A stretch of DNA of 46,064 bases from an uncultured Gammaproteobacteria bacterium (GTDB lineage Bacteria > Patescibacteriota > Microgenomatia > Levybacterales > UBA12049). The DNA is taken from positions 1 to 46,064 of the forward strand of contig CAYWEJ010000004.1 in NCBI GenBank assembly GCA_964457465.1, in the 5' to 3' direction. The stretch's first letter is position 1, and the number at the start of each line of letters is the position of its first letter. The notes beneath the pieces were generated by a model. That model was given only the letters and a program-made list of their open reading frames with translations. It was not told where the DNA came from and ran no database searches. Below are positions 19,369 to 30,583 of the stretch, piece by piece. The position numbers were made by a program, and so were the translations under genes.

Positions 19369-20423
19369 GACTCCTTGTCTGTGGTGGTGCAGGGTTTATT
19401 GGTACTAATTTTGTCAAGCACATGCTTGTTGCACATCCTGACTATACTATCGTTAATTACGATAAGCTGACATACGCAGGAAATAAAGAGAATCTTAAAG
19501 AAGAGGAGCATAACACTCAATACATATTTGAGCAAGGTGATATTACTGATCTAGATAGACTAAATGAGGTAATAAAAAAGCATCAAATTTCTCATGTCAT
19601 TAATTTTGCTGCTGAGACTCACGTTGATAGGTCCATCCATGGCGGAACGAAGGAATTTGTTTTAACGAATACACTTGGAGTTCAGATGGTTTTGGATGCT
19701 GTAAGATTTAACAAGATTGAGAAATTTATTAATGTCTCTACAGACGAAGTATATGGATCACTAGGACTTGATGAAGATAGGCTTTTTACAGAAAGTACTC
19801 CCATTTGGCCAAATATGCCTTATGCGGCTGCGAAAGCAGGAGGAGATTTGATGTGTAATGCATACTGGGTAACTCACAAAGTCCCAGTAATTGTTACTCA
19901 TTGTTCGAATAATTATGGACCATATCAATTCCCTGAAAAACTTATTCCATTTTTTGTTTTTAAGCTTCTCAAAGGAGAGAAAGTGCCAGTATATGGAGAT
20001 GGACTTAATGTAAGAGACTGGATTCATGCTGTTGATCATGCAAAGGCTCTTGATCTTCTTCTTCATAAAGGAAACATTGGAGAGGTCTACAATATAGGGT
20101 CTGATAATGAGAGAAGCAATATTGAGGTTACAAAAATGATACTTTCCATTATGGGTTTTGGTGAAGAGAGGATCGAATATATAGAAGATCGTCCTGGGCA
20201 TGATAGGAGATATGCAATCGATGCGACAAAAATTACCAATTTGGGATGGAAACCAGATTTCCCAAGAGAAAAATTTGAAGAAGGACTTAAGCAGACAATA
20301 GAATGGTACAAGAGTAATACTGAATGGGTAGAGCATATTTGGCATAGAAAAAAAGATGAGATGAATACATTTCAACAAAACTTAGAACGTTCAACTACGC
20401 AGCAGAAATCTGCTACAGAATAA
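19365..20423 (+). CDS. rmlB: dTDP-glucose 4,6-dehydratase
   Basis: GGAGFIG, DKLTYAGN, AAETHVDRS, STDEVYG, YAAAK, NNYGPYQFPEK, DRPGHDRRY. Confidence 0.95.
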   Translation: MRLLVCGGAGFIGTNFVKHMLVAHPDYTIVNYDKLTYAGNKENLKEEEHNTQYIFEQGDITDLDRLNEVIKKHQISHVINFAAETHVDRSIHGGTKEFVLTNTLGVQMVLDAVRFNKIEKFINVSTDEVYGSLGLDEDRLFTESTPIWPNMPYAAAKAGGDLMCNAYWVTHKVPVIVTHCSNNYGPYQFPEKLIPFFVFKLLKGEKVPVYGDGLNVRDWIHAVDHAKALDLLLHKGNIGEVYNIGSDNERSNIEVTKMILSIMGFGEERIEYIEDRPGHDRRYAIDATKITNLGWKPDFPREKFEEGLKQTIEWYKSNTEWVEHIWHRKKDEMNTFQQNLERSTTQQKSATE

Positions 20424-20430
20424 GTTCTTC

Positions 20431-20856
20431 ATGAAAAAAATCTTTACTCTTCATACGGTTAAAGCCATTGATTCTCCTAATTTCACCATGTGTCCTCTTG
20501 AGCTTAAAGACTACATACCTTTTGAAGTTAAAAGAATCTATTACATTTCTAACTCTAAAACAGGAACATCTGGCGAGCATTGTCATTTTATAGAAGAGGA
20601 ATTGTTTGTTTTGGTTCAAGGATCAGCAACGATTATTATAGATAAAGGGGATGGTAAAGAAGAGATTGATCTTACAGGACCTACAGACGCTTGTTATGTA
20701 CCAAATTATGTGTGGCATGGGTTTAGAAATATCTCTCCAGATGCAATTATTCTTGCTTTATCATCAACTAATTACAGTCCAGACAGGAGCGATTATTTAG
20801 AAGATTATGATGAGTATTTAAAGATTAGAGACGAAAAACTTCAAGAATCTTCATGA
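20431..20856 (+). CDS. FdtA/QdtA-like cupin (sugar 3,4-ketoisomerase family)
   Basis: IPFEVKRIYY, GEHCH, VWH, and LALSSTNY...SDYLEDYDEY pattern. Confidence 0.8.
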   Translation: MKKIFTLHTVKAIDSPNFTMCPLELKDYIPFEVKRIYYISNSKTGTSGEHCHFIEEELFVLVQGSATIIIDKGDGKEEIDLTGPTDACYVPNYVWHGFRNISPDAIILALSSTNYSPDRSDYLEDYDEYLKIRDEKLQESS

Positions 20857-21728
20857 CACAAACTAGCATAATTGGTATTGGAATTTCAGGCTTGGTTGGT
20901 TCACGCGTTAAAGCTCTTCTTCCAGAATATTCATGGATTGGATTAAGTAGAGATTCTGGATTTGATATTCAAGACGTATCAACTGTAGCATTTGATACGT
21001 ATCCAGAAGCAGAATGGGTCATCCTTTTTGCTGCAAAGGCAGATGTCGACGCATGTGAGCTAGATAAATCACAAGGAAAAGAGGGTGAAGCTTGGAGGAT
21101 AAATGTTGAAGGAGTTAAAAATGTGGTAGACGCATGTAAAAAAGATACTAAAAAACTTTTGTATATTTCAACGGACTTTGTTTTTAGTGGTAATGATACT
21201 CCAGCTGGCGGATACATAGAGGAAAGTACACCAGATCCTATTAATTGGTACGGGCAGACGAAATTTGAAGCCGAGAATATTATCCAGGCATCAGATATTC
21301 CCTATCTGATTGTTCGTCCTGCCTATCCATACAGAGCATCTTTTGAAGCTAAAAAAGATTTTTTTAGAGCAATCTTAGGGAGACTTAAAGCTAATCAGTC
21401 AATAAAGGCAATCACAGATCATGTCTATAACCCGACTTTTATTGATGATATTGCAGTTGCGATTGGCCAATTGCTCAAGCAAGATCAGCGAGGCATATTT
21501 CATGTTGTTGGCAGCCAGTCATTATCTCCTTATGATGCTGCAATAGAAATTGCAAAAGTTTTTGAATGTGATAGCTCATTGATTGGAAAGGCTACTCGAA
21601 AAGAGTATTTTGCAGGAAAAGCGAATAGACCTTACAATCTGCATATGAATAATGATAAAATATCAAAATTAGGAGTTCAGATGCATTCATTTTCTGAAGG
21701 ACTCGAAATTATTAAAAAACAATTATGA
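20853..21728 (+). CDS. rmlD: dTDP-4-dehydrorhamnose reductase family
   Basis: GISGLVG, ISTDFVFSG, PDPINWYGQTK, PTF. Confidence 0.85.
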   Translation: MTQTSIIGIGISGLVGSRVKALLPEYSWIGLSRDSGFDIQDVSTVAFDTYPEAEWVILFAAKADVDACELDKSQGKEGEAWRINVEGVKNVVDACKKDTKKLLYISTDFVFSGNDTPAGGYIEESTPDPINWYGQTKFEAENIIQASDIPYLIVRPAYPYRASFEAKKDFFRAILGRLKANQSIKAITDHVYNPTFIDDIAVAIGQLLKQDQRGIFHVVGSQSLSPYDAAIEIAKVFECDSSLIGKATRKEYFAGKANRPYNLHMNNDKISKLGVQMHSFSEGLEIIKKQL

Positions 21729-23016
21729 CAATAACTTTTGTTGGACATGGGTATGTGGGACTAGTTACAGCTGCTGTTTTTGCAGATTTGGGAAATAAGG
21801 TTTGGGTTATTGGTCATACGCCTTCAAAGGTGGAGAATCTTAAAAAAGGAATTATTCCTATTTATGAACCTGGCCTTGAAGAGCTGGTAAAACGTAATGT
21901 GGATGCTGGCAGACTTCATTTCACCCTTGATTATACAGAATCAATTCCTGAGTCAGAGGTAATATTTATAGCTGTAGGTACTCCTCCAAAAGAAAACGGT
22001 GAAGCAGATCTTTCGGTTGTTTATCAAGTTGCAGAACAGATAGGTAAGCATTTAGGTGATTATAGTGTTGTTATTACAAAAAGCACTGTTCCTGTTGGAA
22101 CCAACCGTGAAGTTGCCTCAATTATTTCTAAAGTAAAACCTGAAAGTTCTCATTTTGATATTGCATCTGTTCCTGAATTTCTTCGAGAAGGACAGGCAAT
22201 TAGTGATACTCAGAATCCAGACAGAGTTGTAATTGGAACAGATGCTAAAAAAGCAGAAGAAGTCTTGGTCCGACTCCACGAGCCACTCAGTGGCGAGCGA
22301 GTTCTAACAACTGTTGAGACAGCAGAGATGATTAAATACGCCGCTAATGCCTTTTTAGCTACAAAGATATCTTTTGCAAATGCGATTGCTTATTTGTCTG
22401 AGTTAGTAAAAGCAGATGGACCAAAGGTTCTTGAGGCAATAGGCTTTGACAAAAGAATAGGTCGATCATTTCTTTATGCAGGAGCTGGGTATGGCGGGAG
22501 TTGTTTTCCAAAGGATGTAAAGGCTCTTATTGCTATAGCAAAAAATAACAATTATGATTTTGCTTTACTTCGTGAAGTTGAGTCTATTAACAAAGCAGCA
22601 ATGCTTAGAATTGTTGATAAAGCAAAGATGATGCTTGGTTCTCTTGAAGGTAAAAAGATAGCAGTTCTTGGTCTTGCGTTCAAACCAGATACTGATGACA
22701 TGAGGGACGCACCATCAAGAACTGTGATTCCAAAACTTATTGAGCATGGTGCGATAATTCAAGCCTATGACCCAGTCTCAATGGAAAACGCAAAAATTCT
22801 TATGAGTAGTCAAGGCATACATTTTTGTGAGTCTGCTCTTGATGCGGTACAGGATGCAGACCTGCTCTTGCTTCTCACAGAATGGAATGAATTTAGAGAA
22901 ATGGATTTAGCTGCTGTTAAAGAAAGAATGAAAAGTCACAATATTCTTGATGGGAGAAATATTTTCGACCCACTTTTTGTAAAGGAATTAGGCTTTGCCT
23001 ACCATGGCGTTGGAAG

Positions 23017-23020
<4 letters not shown>
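21725..23020 (+). CDS. ugd: UDP-glucose 6-dehydrogenase
   Basis: GHGYVG, KSTVPVGT, PEFLREG, AEMIKYAAN, GYGGSCFPKD, AFKPDTDD. Confidence 0.93.
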
Positions 23021-24968
<1,948 letters not shown>

Positions 24969-24997
24969 CCTCACATCTCAACAATAGATAATTTTCC

Positions 24998-25006
24998 TGA
25001 TACAAT
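24998..25006 (+). promoter_or_regulatory. Internal extended -10 promoter
   Basis: TG-a-TACAAT, 7 nt before ATG 25014. Confidence 0.6.
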
Positions 25007-25013
25007 AAATAAT

Positions 25014-25967
25014 ATGCAAAGAGTATTAGTTGCTGGCGGTGCGGGTTTTATCGGTTCTCATCTCTGTGAGCGCTTATTAAAAGATGGTTATGAAGTTATC
25101 TGCGTTGATAACCTTTTAACAGGTTCAAAAAATAACATCGACCATCTTTTGCAGAATTCTTCTTTCACTTTTCTCAATCATAATGTTTTGGAGCCTCTTA
25201 AGGACATTGAGGGAATAAGTGCAATTTTTCATATGGCCTCTCCTGCGTCACCAAATCATCATAGTAAAGTTAGCTATCATGCGCTCCCTCTTGAAACTAT
25301 GCTCGTAAATACACAAGGAACATTCAATCTTCTCCAACTTGCGCAAAAAAATAATGCAAAGTTTCTTTTTGCATCTACATCTGAGGCATATGGCGATCCT
25401 CTTGTTCATCCACAGGTTGAGTCTTACAGGGGGAATGTGTCAACAACAGGTCCTAGATCAGTATATGATGAAGCAAAAAGATTCGGTGAGACTATCACGG
25501 CGTATTATGAAAGAGAAAAAAATGTTGATGCAAGGATAGTGAGGATTTTTAACACGTATGGCCCTCGTTTGTTAAAGGAAGATATGAGAATGATAGGTAT
25601 TTTTATTACTAAAGCATTAGCAAACCAGCCAATAACAATTTTCGGTGATGGAAAACAGACGAGATCACTTTGCTATGTGAGTGATTTGGTTGAAGGACTA
25701 ATGAGATTTATGTTTTACCCTGAGACAAAAGGGGAAATAGTAAATTTAGGCTCAACTGATGAGCATACTGTTGCAGAATATGCACAAATAGTTAAGGAGT
25801 TAACTCACTCACAAAGTGAAATAGTTCATGGGGAAGCTTTGCCAGAAGATGACCCTGCAAAAAGGCGGCCCGATATTACCAAAGCAAGGAGTCTGCTGCA
25901 GTGGGAGCCTAAGATTCCCTTACAAGAAGGACTTGAAAAGCTTATTCAATATTACAAGGAGAACTAA
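25014..25967 (+). CDS. UDP-glucuronate decarboxylase-like SDR
   Basis: GGAGFIGSHL, HMASPASP, ASTSE, RSVYDEAKR, RIFNTYGP, DDP-x-x-RRPDI. Confidence 0.88.
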   Translation: MQRVLVAGGAGFIGSHLCERLLKDGYEVICVDNLLTGSKNNIDHLLQNSSFTFLNHNVLEPLKDIEGISAIFHMASPASPNHHSKVSYHALPLETMLVNTQGTFNLLQLAQKNNAKFLFASTSEAYGDPLVHPQVESYRGNVSTTGPRSVYDEAKRFGETITAYYEREKNVDARIVRIFNTYGPRLLKEDMRMIGIFITKALANQPITIFGDGKQTRSLCYVSDLVEGLMRFMFYPETKGEIVNLGSTDEHTVAEYAQIVKELTHSQSEIVHGEALPEDDPAKRRPDITKARSLLQWEPKIPLQEGLEKLIQYYKEN

Positions 25968-25969
25968 AT

Positions 25970-27085
25970 ATGAAAATTGTTGTAATCTCACCAACCTATA
26001 ATGAAAAAGAAAACATAGAAAAATTAATTCCCCATTTAGAAAAAGAAGTTTTTCCAAAAATTAAAAACCACGATTTATGGATCTTGATCGCTGATGACAA
26101 ATCTCCTGACGGAACCGCAGAGGTTGTTAAGGAATATATGAAGAAGTATAAAAATCTTGAACTGCTTAATGGCAACAAAGAAGGTCTTGGTGCAGCATAT
26201 GCCCGTGCAATGAAGTATGCGATGCATGAGATGCATGCTGGTGCTATTGTTGAGTTTGATGCAGATTTTCAACATGATCCAAATGGAATAATTGATCTGA
26301 TTGAGGCAATGGATCAAGGATATGACTATGTCATTGGTAGTCGTTACATCCCAGGCGGTCAAATTCCCAAAGAGTGGGGACTTCATAGAAAATTTATGAG
26401 CTTTTTTGGTAGTTTATTTGCTCGAATTGTATTATTAACATTTAATATTCATGATATGACTTCAGGCTTTAAATTAACCAAAACTGAATTTTTAGAAAAA
26501 GTTGATCTCGATCATTTGTTATCTAAATATTATGCTTATAAAATTCAGGTTCTTTTTGAGGTAGTTAAGATGAAGGCTAAAGTTAAAGAGGTTCCAATAA
26601 TTTTTTATGAGAGAAAAGCCGGATCAAGCAAAATTAGTCAAAAAGATCTATTTGATTCATTCTATGTCGTTGTTATGCTTCGATTGAGAGAATCAAAAAA
26701 TTTTGTCAAATTTTTAGTCGTGGGAGGTGTAGGTTTTTTCATTAATGCAATAGCGCTTGCAGTCTTAGTTGAGAATTTTCATTGGCACCCAGCGCAGGCA
26801 AATTTAATCGGTGCAGCACTAGCAATTTTTTCTAATTTTAATTTTAATAACATCTGGACTTTTAAAGAGCATAAGTCGACATCTCTCATATCGTATTTTT
26901 TGAAGCTAATTCAATTCTATGCAACATCATCAATTGGTGTAATTTTCATTCAAACAGGGACAATTTTTCTTGGTACGCATCTCATCGGAAGAGAATATTA
27001 CATAATTTATTTTTTGATAGGAACATTCTTATTGTTAATTTGGAATTTTACTGTCTATAGCAAATTTATTTGGAGAAAAAAATAA
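25970..27085 (+). CDS. GT2 polyprenyl-phosphate glycosyltransferase (DPM1-like) fused to a GtrA-like domain
   Basis: PTYNE, DDKSPDGT, GLGAAY, DADFQH, GSRY, DMTSGF; four C-terminal TM segments. Confidence 0.88.
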   Translation: MKIVVISPTYNEKENIEKLIPHLEKEVFPKIKNHDLWILIADDKSPDGTAEVVKEYMKKYKNLELLNGNKEGLGAAYARAMKYAMHEMHAGAIVEFDADFQHDPNGIIDLIEAMDQGYDYVIGSRYIPGGQIPKEWGLHRKFMSFFGSLFARIVLLTFNIHDMTSGFKLTKTEFLEKVDLDHLLSKYYAYKIQVLFEVVKMKAKVKEVPIIFYERKAGSSKISQKDLFDSFYVVVMLRLRESKNFVKFLVVGGVGFFINAIALAVLVENFHWHPAQANLIGAALAIFSNFNFNNIWTFKEHKSTSLISYFLKLIQFYATSSIGVIFIQTGTIFLGTHLIGREYYIIYFLIGTFLLLIWNFTVYSKFIWRKK

Positions 27086-27097
27086 TACGTACTGGAT

Positions 27098-28675
27098 ATG
27101 ATACAGAAAATAAAAAGTTTTTTTTCTTCACCATCTCATTCCATTTTGTCCCTTGTTGTTTTCCTTGCTGCTTTTCTTCGTCTATATAGGATCTCAGATT
27201 ATATGACATTTCTTGGTGATGAAGGAAGAGATGTTTTAATTGTTAAACATATTCTTGAAGGGAATTTTACTCTTCTTGGTCCAAGGTCGTCCGCTGCAGA
27301 TTTCTTTTATGGTCCTATCTATTATTATCTTATAACTCCATTTTTATGGTTTTTTAGGCTCGATCCCGTTGGACCTGCTGTATTTATCGCTCTTGTTGGA
27401 ATAGCAACTGTAGTTCTTGTCTATAGAGTAGGTAAAGAATGGGTGGGTGAAAAAGGTGCAATTGTTGCAGCAGCACTTTACGCTGTATCTCCTTTGGTAT
27501 TAACTTATTCAAGGTCTTCATGGAATCCAAACCCTCTGCCTTTCGTAGCTCTTTTATCACTGTTTCTACTGTATAAAGGTATAGAAAATAATAAAAGAAA
27601 GCATTTTCTTTTCGTTGGAATTCTTTTGGGAATAGGGATGCAACTGCAGTACTTGGCTCTTTTTTTAGGAACAATAGTTGCGTTAATTATAGGGATAACA
27701 TCTTTTTTAAGTAGAAAAAAGCAGAACGTTAAAAATATTGTTAATAGATATGTAACTGTCTTTGTAGGATTTCTTATTGGATGGTCACCGTTTCTTGCAT
27801 TTGAAATTTTGCATAAATTCCCAAACCTGCAGACGATGGCTAATTTTCTTTTGGGTAAATATGGTTCTTCAACCCCAACAACAACTACATTTATTGGTCA
27901 GGTTCATGAGATGTTTTTAAAACTTTTTGGACGTCTTGTTACTAGATTTCCCGATATTCATCCAAATCAGGTCGTTGAGAAAGATTATCTGATTGTGTGG
28001 TATGTATGTACTATCCTTTTAGGAGTTCTGTCTGTATTTTTTATTACTAAAATAAAAAATAAGACAGCAAAAATCATTTTATTGGTATGGGTAATCGTTG
28101 GTGTAGGACTTTTCGGATTTTATAAAAAAAGTCTTTATGATTATTATTTAGGTTTCATGTTTACTCTCCCTTTTCTTCTTTTTGGAAATCTTTTTGAATA
28201 CTTTACTAAGAAAAAATCACTTTTTACCTATTTTTTTATTCTTATATTTGGTTTCCTTTTTATTTTTAATCTTTTAGATCTGCCATTCAGATACCAGCCA
28301 AATAGACAAAAAAATCAGGTAAAGACAATTGCAGAATTTGTCGCAAGTAAAACTGACAATAAGCCTTTTAATTTTGCCCTTATTACCCCAGGTAACTCCG
28401 ATCATGGATATCGTTATTATCTTGAAGTTCTAGGTCACAAACCTGTTGAAATACAAAATCAATTTACTGATCCAAATAGAACATCTGTTATGGATCAGTT
28501 GCTTGTCGTGTGCGAAGATGTTACCTGTGGCCCTTTAGGTCATCCTCTTTTTGAGGTTTCTGCATTTGGACGAGCAGAGATTGTGGGGGAGTGGAATGTG
28601 TCAGTTGTTAAGGTTTTTAGACTAAAGCATTATTTTGCTCCAAAAACAGAATTTAAATCTCAAGCAAATGACTGA
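27098..28675 (+). CDS. GT-C fold glycosyltransferase (ArnT/PMT_2-like)
   Basis: LRLYR...FLGDEGRD, GPIYYY, YSRSSWNPN; multi-TM body with soluble C-terminal domain. Confidence 0.82.
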   Translation: MIQKIKSFFSSPSHSILSLVVFLAAFLRLYRISDYMTFLGDEGRDVLIVKHILEGNFTLLGPRSSAADFFYGPIYYYLITPFLWFFRLDPVGPAVFIALVGIATVVLVYRVGKEWVGEKGAIVAAALYAVSPLVLTYSRSSWNPNPLPFVALLSLFLLYKGIENNKRKHFLFVGILLGIGMQLQYLALFLGTIVALIIGITSFLSRKKQNVKNIVNRYVTVFVGFLIGWSPFLAFEILHKFPNLQTMANFLLGKYGSSTPTTTTFIGQVHEMFLKLFGRLVTRFPDIHPNQVVEKDYLIVWYVCTILLGVLSVFFITKIKNKTAKIILLVWVIVGVGLFGFYKKSLYDYYLGFMFTLPFLLFGNLFEYFTKKKSLFTYFFILIFGFLFIFNLLDLPFRYQPNRQKNQVKTIAEFVASKTDNKPFNFALITPGNSDHGYRYYLEVLGHKPVEIQNQFTDPNRTSVMDQLLVVCEDVTCGPLGHPLFEVSAFGRAEIVGEWNVSVVKVFRLKHYFAPKTEFKSQAND

Positions 28676-28826
28676 TAAATCGGAAAAGTTATACGAGTAC
28701 CTTTATCATAAAAGCGATATGAAAGGACAGTTTTGTCCTGTATGCAAAAGCTTGATCGGCATTATGCCGGGTTCACGAGATGCTGTATGTCATACCTGTG
28801 GTTTTAAAGATCCGTGTTGTGAATAG
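28668..28826 (+). CDS. Small zinc-ribbon protein
   Basis: CPVC...CHTC plus terminal DPCCE; start at 28668 overlaps the upstream stop (alternative ATG 28719). Confidence 0.55.
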   Translation: MTDKSEKLYEYLYHKSDMKGQFCPVCKSLIGIMPGSRDAVCHTCGFKDPCCE

Positions 28827-28827
28827 T

Positions 28828-29055
28828 ATGAAGCTACCTATCTTTCCACCAAAAACACTTTCCAAAATGAAAAATCTCGGCATTTCTGAATCACAAATAA
28901 TTGATGTATTCAATAATGGACAGTACACAGTGGATGATAGTGGCAGTAAGATGGCGATTAAAAAAGTCGCAGGTTGTGAGATAGGCTGCTTATATGATCA
29001 AAACATCAGAACTGGAGCATACACAATTACTGCTGTTTGGAAAAGAGAAATATGA
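28828..29055 (+). CDS. Small hypothetical protein, DUF4258-like pattern
   Basis: 75 aa; IFPPKTLSKMKNLGISESQIIDVFNNG followed by beta strands ending ITAVW; coupled to both neighbours. Confidence 0.55.
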   Translation: MKLPIFPPKTLSKMKNLGISESQIIDVFNNGQYTVDDSGSKMAIKKVAGCEIGCLYDQNIRTGAYTITAVWKREI

Positions 29056-29585
29056 AAAGAGTTGCTATTGGATCAAAAAACCCAGCTAAGATATCCTCAG
29101 TTAAGGAAGCTTTTATAAAGGTTTGGCCAGATAGAGAATTTCAGTTCAGCGGTGTTGATGTCGAGTCTGGCGTGTCTAATCAGCCAATGAGTGATGAGGA
29201 GAGTATCAGGGGTGCTACACAACGTGCTGAAAGGGCCAGGGATGCTCTAGGCGCGGAGTACGGCGTAGGTCTTGAAGGTGGGTTACAAAAAATCAATGAT
29301 AAATGGTTTGATAGTGGTTGGATTGTTGTTGTAGACCAGAATGATCGTGTTGGCATTGGCTCATCTATAAGGCTCGAGACACCTCCAAAAATGATGGAGT
29401 TAATCAATCAAGGCATGGAGCTGGGTGAGGTAAATGACATCCTTTTCAAGAAGGAAAATTCCAAACACAATCAAGGGCATTTTGGCTTGATGACAAATAA
29501 TGCTATTACAAGAGTTGAAGGATATAGAGATGGGATTATCGCGGCATTAGCTGCATTTATTCATCCTAGCTTATTTGACGTATAG
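29052..29585 (+). CDS. yjjX: Non-canonical purine NTP phosphatase (YjjX family)
   Basis: IGSKNPAK, SGVSNQP, GATQRA, GVGLEGG, FGLMTNN...TR. Confidence 0.88.
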   Translation: MKRVAIGSKNPAKISSVKEAFIKVWPDREFQFSGVDVESGVSNQPMSDEESIRGATQRAERARDALGAEYGVGLEGGLQKINDKWFDSGWIVVVDQNDRVGIGSSIRLETPPKMMELINQGMELGEVNDILFKKENSKHNQGHFGLMTNNAITRVEGYRDGIIAALAAFIHPSLFDV

Positions 29586-30194
29586 ATCTGCAAGGATATC
29601 CGTGACGCCTGGTTTTGGTCTAGCGGGAGCGTATTCTCTTCCATAAAGAATAAGAAGGTGAGGAAATTCAATCCACCATTCTTTTGGTACAATCTTCATT
29701 AAGTCTTCCTCAATCTTCTCTGGCTTATCAGAATCACTCAGCCCTAGCCTTCCAGCCGCTCGTATTACATGCGTATCAACAACAATCCCTTCTGATTTGT
29801 GGAATGCATCTCCGAGGACTACGTTAGCTGTTTTTCTTGCTACACCTGGGAGAGCATCTAGCTCAGCCATAGTATCTGGCACCTTGCCATTATGCTTCTC
29901 CATAATTTGTTGTGATGCAGCTTTAACATTTTTTGCTTTATTCCCATGAAATGTTACTTTTTTAATAAGAGCATCAATGTCTTCAACATTTGCTTTCGCC
30001 ATAGATTGAGGATCAGGAAAATGTCTGAAAAGCTCAGGAGTAACTGTATTGATCAATTTATCAGTACATTGAGCAGAGAGAATAGTAGCAATGAGAAGTT
30101 CAAAAGGATTATTAAAATGGAGAGCTGTAACAGGATTTGGGTAGATTTTCTTGAGTCTTTTGTAAATTTCTTTTACTTTCTCCTGATTATTCAT
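29571..30194 (-). CDS. nth: Endonuclease III lacking the Fe-S cluster cysteines
   Basis: LLIATILSAQCTD, HhH LPGVARKTANVVL, VDTHV; start taken at MNNQEK. Confidence 0.92.
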   Translation of the reverse strand: MNNQEKVKEIYKRLKKIYPNPVTALHFNNPFELLIATILSAQCTDKLINTVTPELFRHFPDPQSMAKANVEDIDALIKKVTFHGNKAKNVKAASQQIMEKHNGKVPDTMAELDALPGVARKTANVVLGDAFHKSEGIVVDTHVIRAAGRLGLSDSDKPEKIEEDLMKIVPKEWWIEFPHLLILYGREYAPARPKPGVTDILADLYVK

Positions 30195-30200
30195 GGAAGT

Positions 30201-30229
30201 ATCATAATGTAATTTATTCAAATCAGCAA
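30201..30229 (-). promoter_or_regulatory. Promoter for nth
   Basis: TTGCTG-17 nt-TATGAT, 6 nt before ATG 30194. Confidence 0.65.
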
Positions 30230-30245
30230 GAGAGTTAATGCGCAC

Positions 30246-30270
30246 AAAAACCCCCTACAAAAGTAAGGGG
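30246..30270 (-). terminator. Intrinsic terminator after the DUF5679-like gene
   Basis: CCCCUUAC-UUUU-GUAGGGGG stem (8 bp, one G-U pair) followed by UUUUU. Confidence 0.8.
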
Positions 30271-30329
30271 TTTTCTTTGTGTTTCTTGAAAACCGGTAAG
30301 GATCTTCAAGAAGAAACATTCAGCTATAG

Positions 30330-30476
30330 TTAGCTAGCTTTTCCAATCTTGTACATTCCTGTACCACAAACTGGACACTTCCCTTTCATAGCTGGTTTAC
30401 CATTTTTCATGGTAACTGGTTGCGCGTTTGGATCATCACGCTTTTCTCGACATTTAACACAGTACATTGTTGCCAT
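30330..30476 (-). CDS. DUF5679-like zinc-ribbon protein, 48 aa (not in the ORF track)
   Basis: MATMYCVKCREKRDDPNAQPVTMKNGKPAMKGKCPVCGTGMYKIGKAS; two CxxC motifs, GGAGGTGA SD upstream, terminator downstream. Confidence 0.88.
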   Translation of the reverse strand: MATMYCVKCREKRDDPNAQPVTMKNGKPAMKGKCPVCGTGMYKIGKAS

Positions 30477-30484
30477 AATTATAG

Positions 30485-30553
30485 TCACCTCCCTTCGTCC
30501 GCAGAAATAGATAAGGCGGCATAGATTGTGGATGATGTGGTGTAATATTTCAT
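30485..30553 (-). CDS. Putative 22-aa upstream ORF
   Basis: MKYYTTSSTIYAALSISADEGR*; begins 10 nt after TATAAT; its TGA lies inside the downstream GGAGGTGA SD. Confidence 0.4.
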   Translation of the reverse strand: MKYYTTSSTIYAALSISADEGR

Positions 30554-30563
30554 GTTTGTGCCT

Positions 30564-30569
30564 ATTATA
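30564..30569 (-). promoter_or_regulatory. -10 element for the uORF/DUF5679 transcript
   Basis: Perfect TATAAT on the minus strand; no well-spaced -35 seen. Confidence 0.55.
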
Positions 30570-30583
30570 GCTTTATCTCACTT

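Noticed and set aside
19761-20378. 205-aa antisense ORF inside rmlB
   Set aside because: Fully antisense to a conserved gene, with no motif; a shadow ORF.
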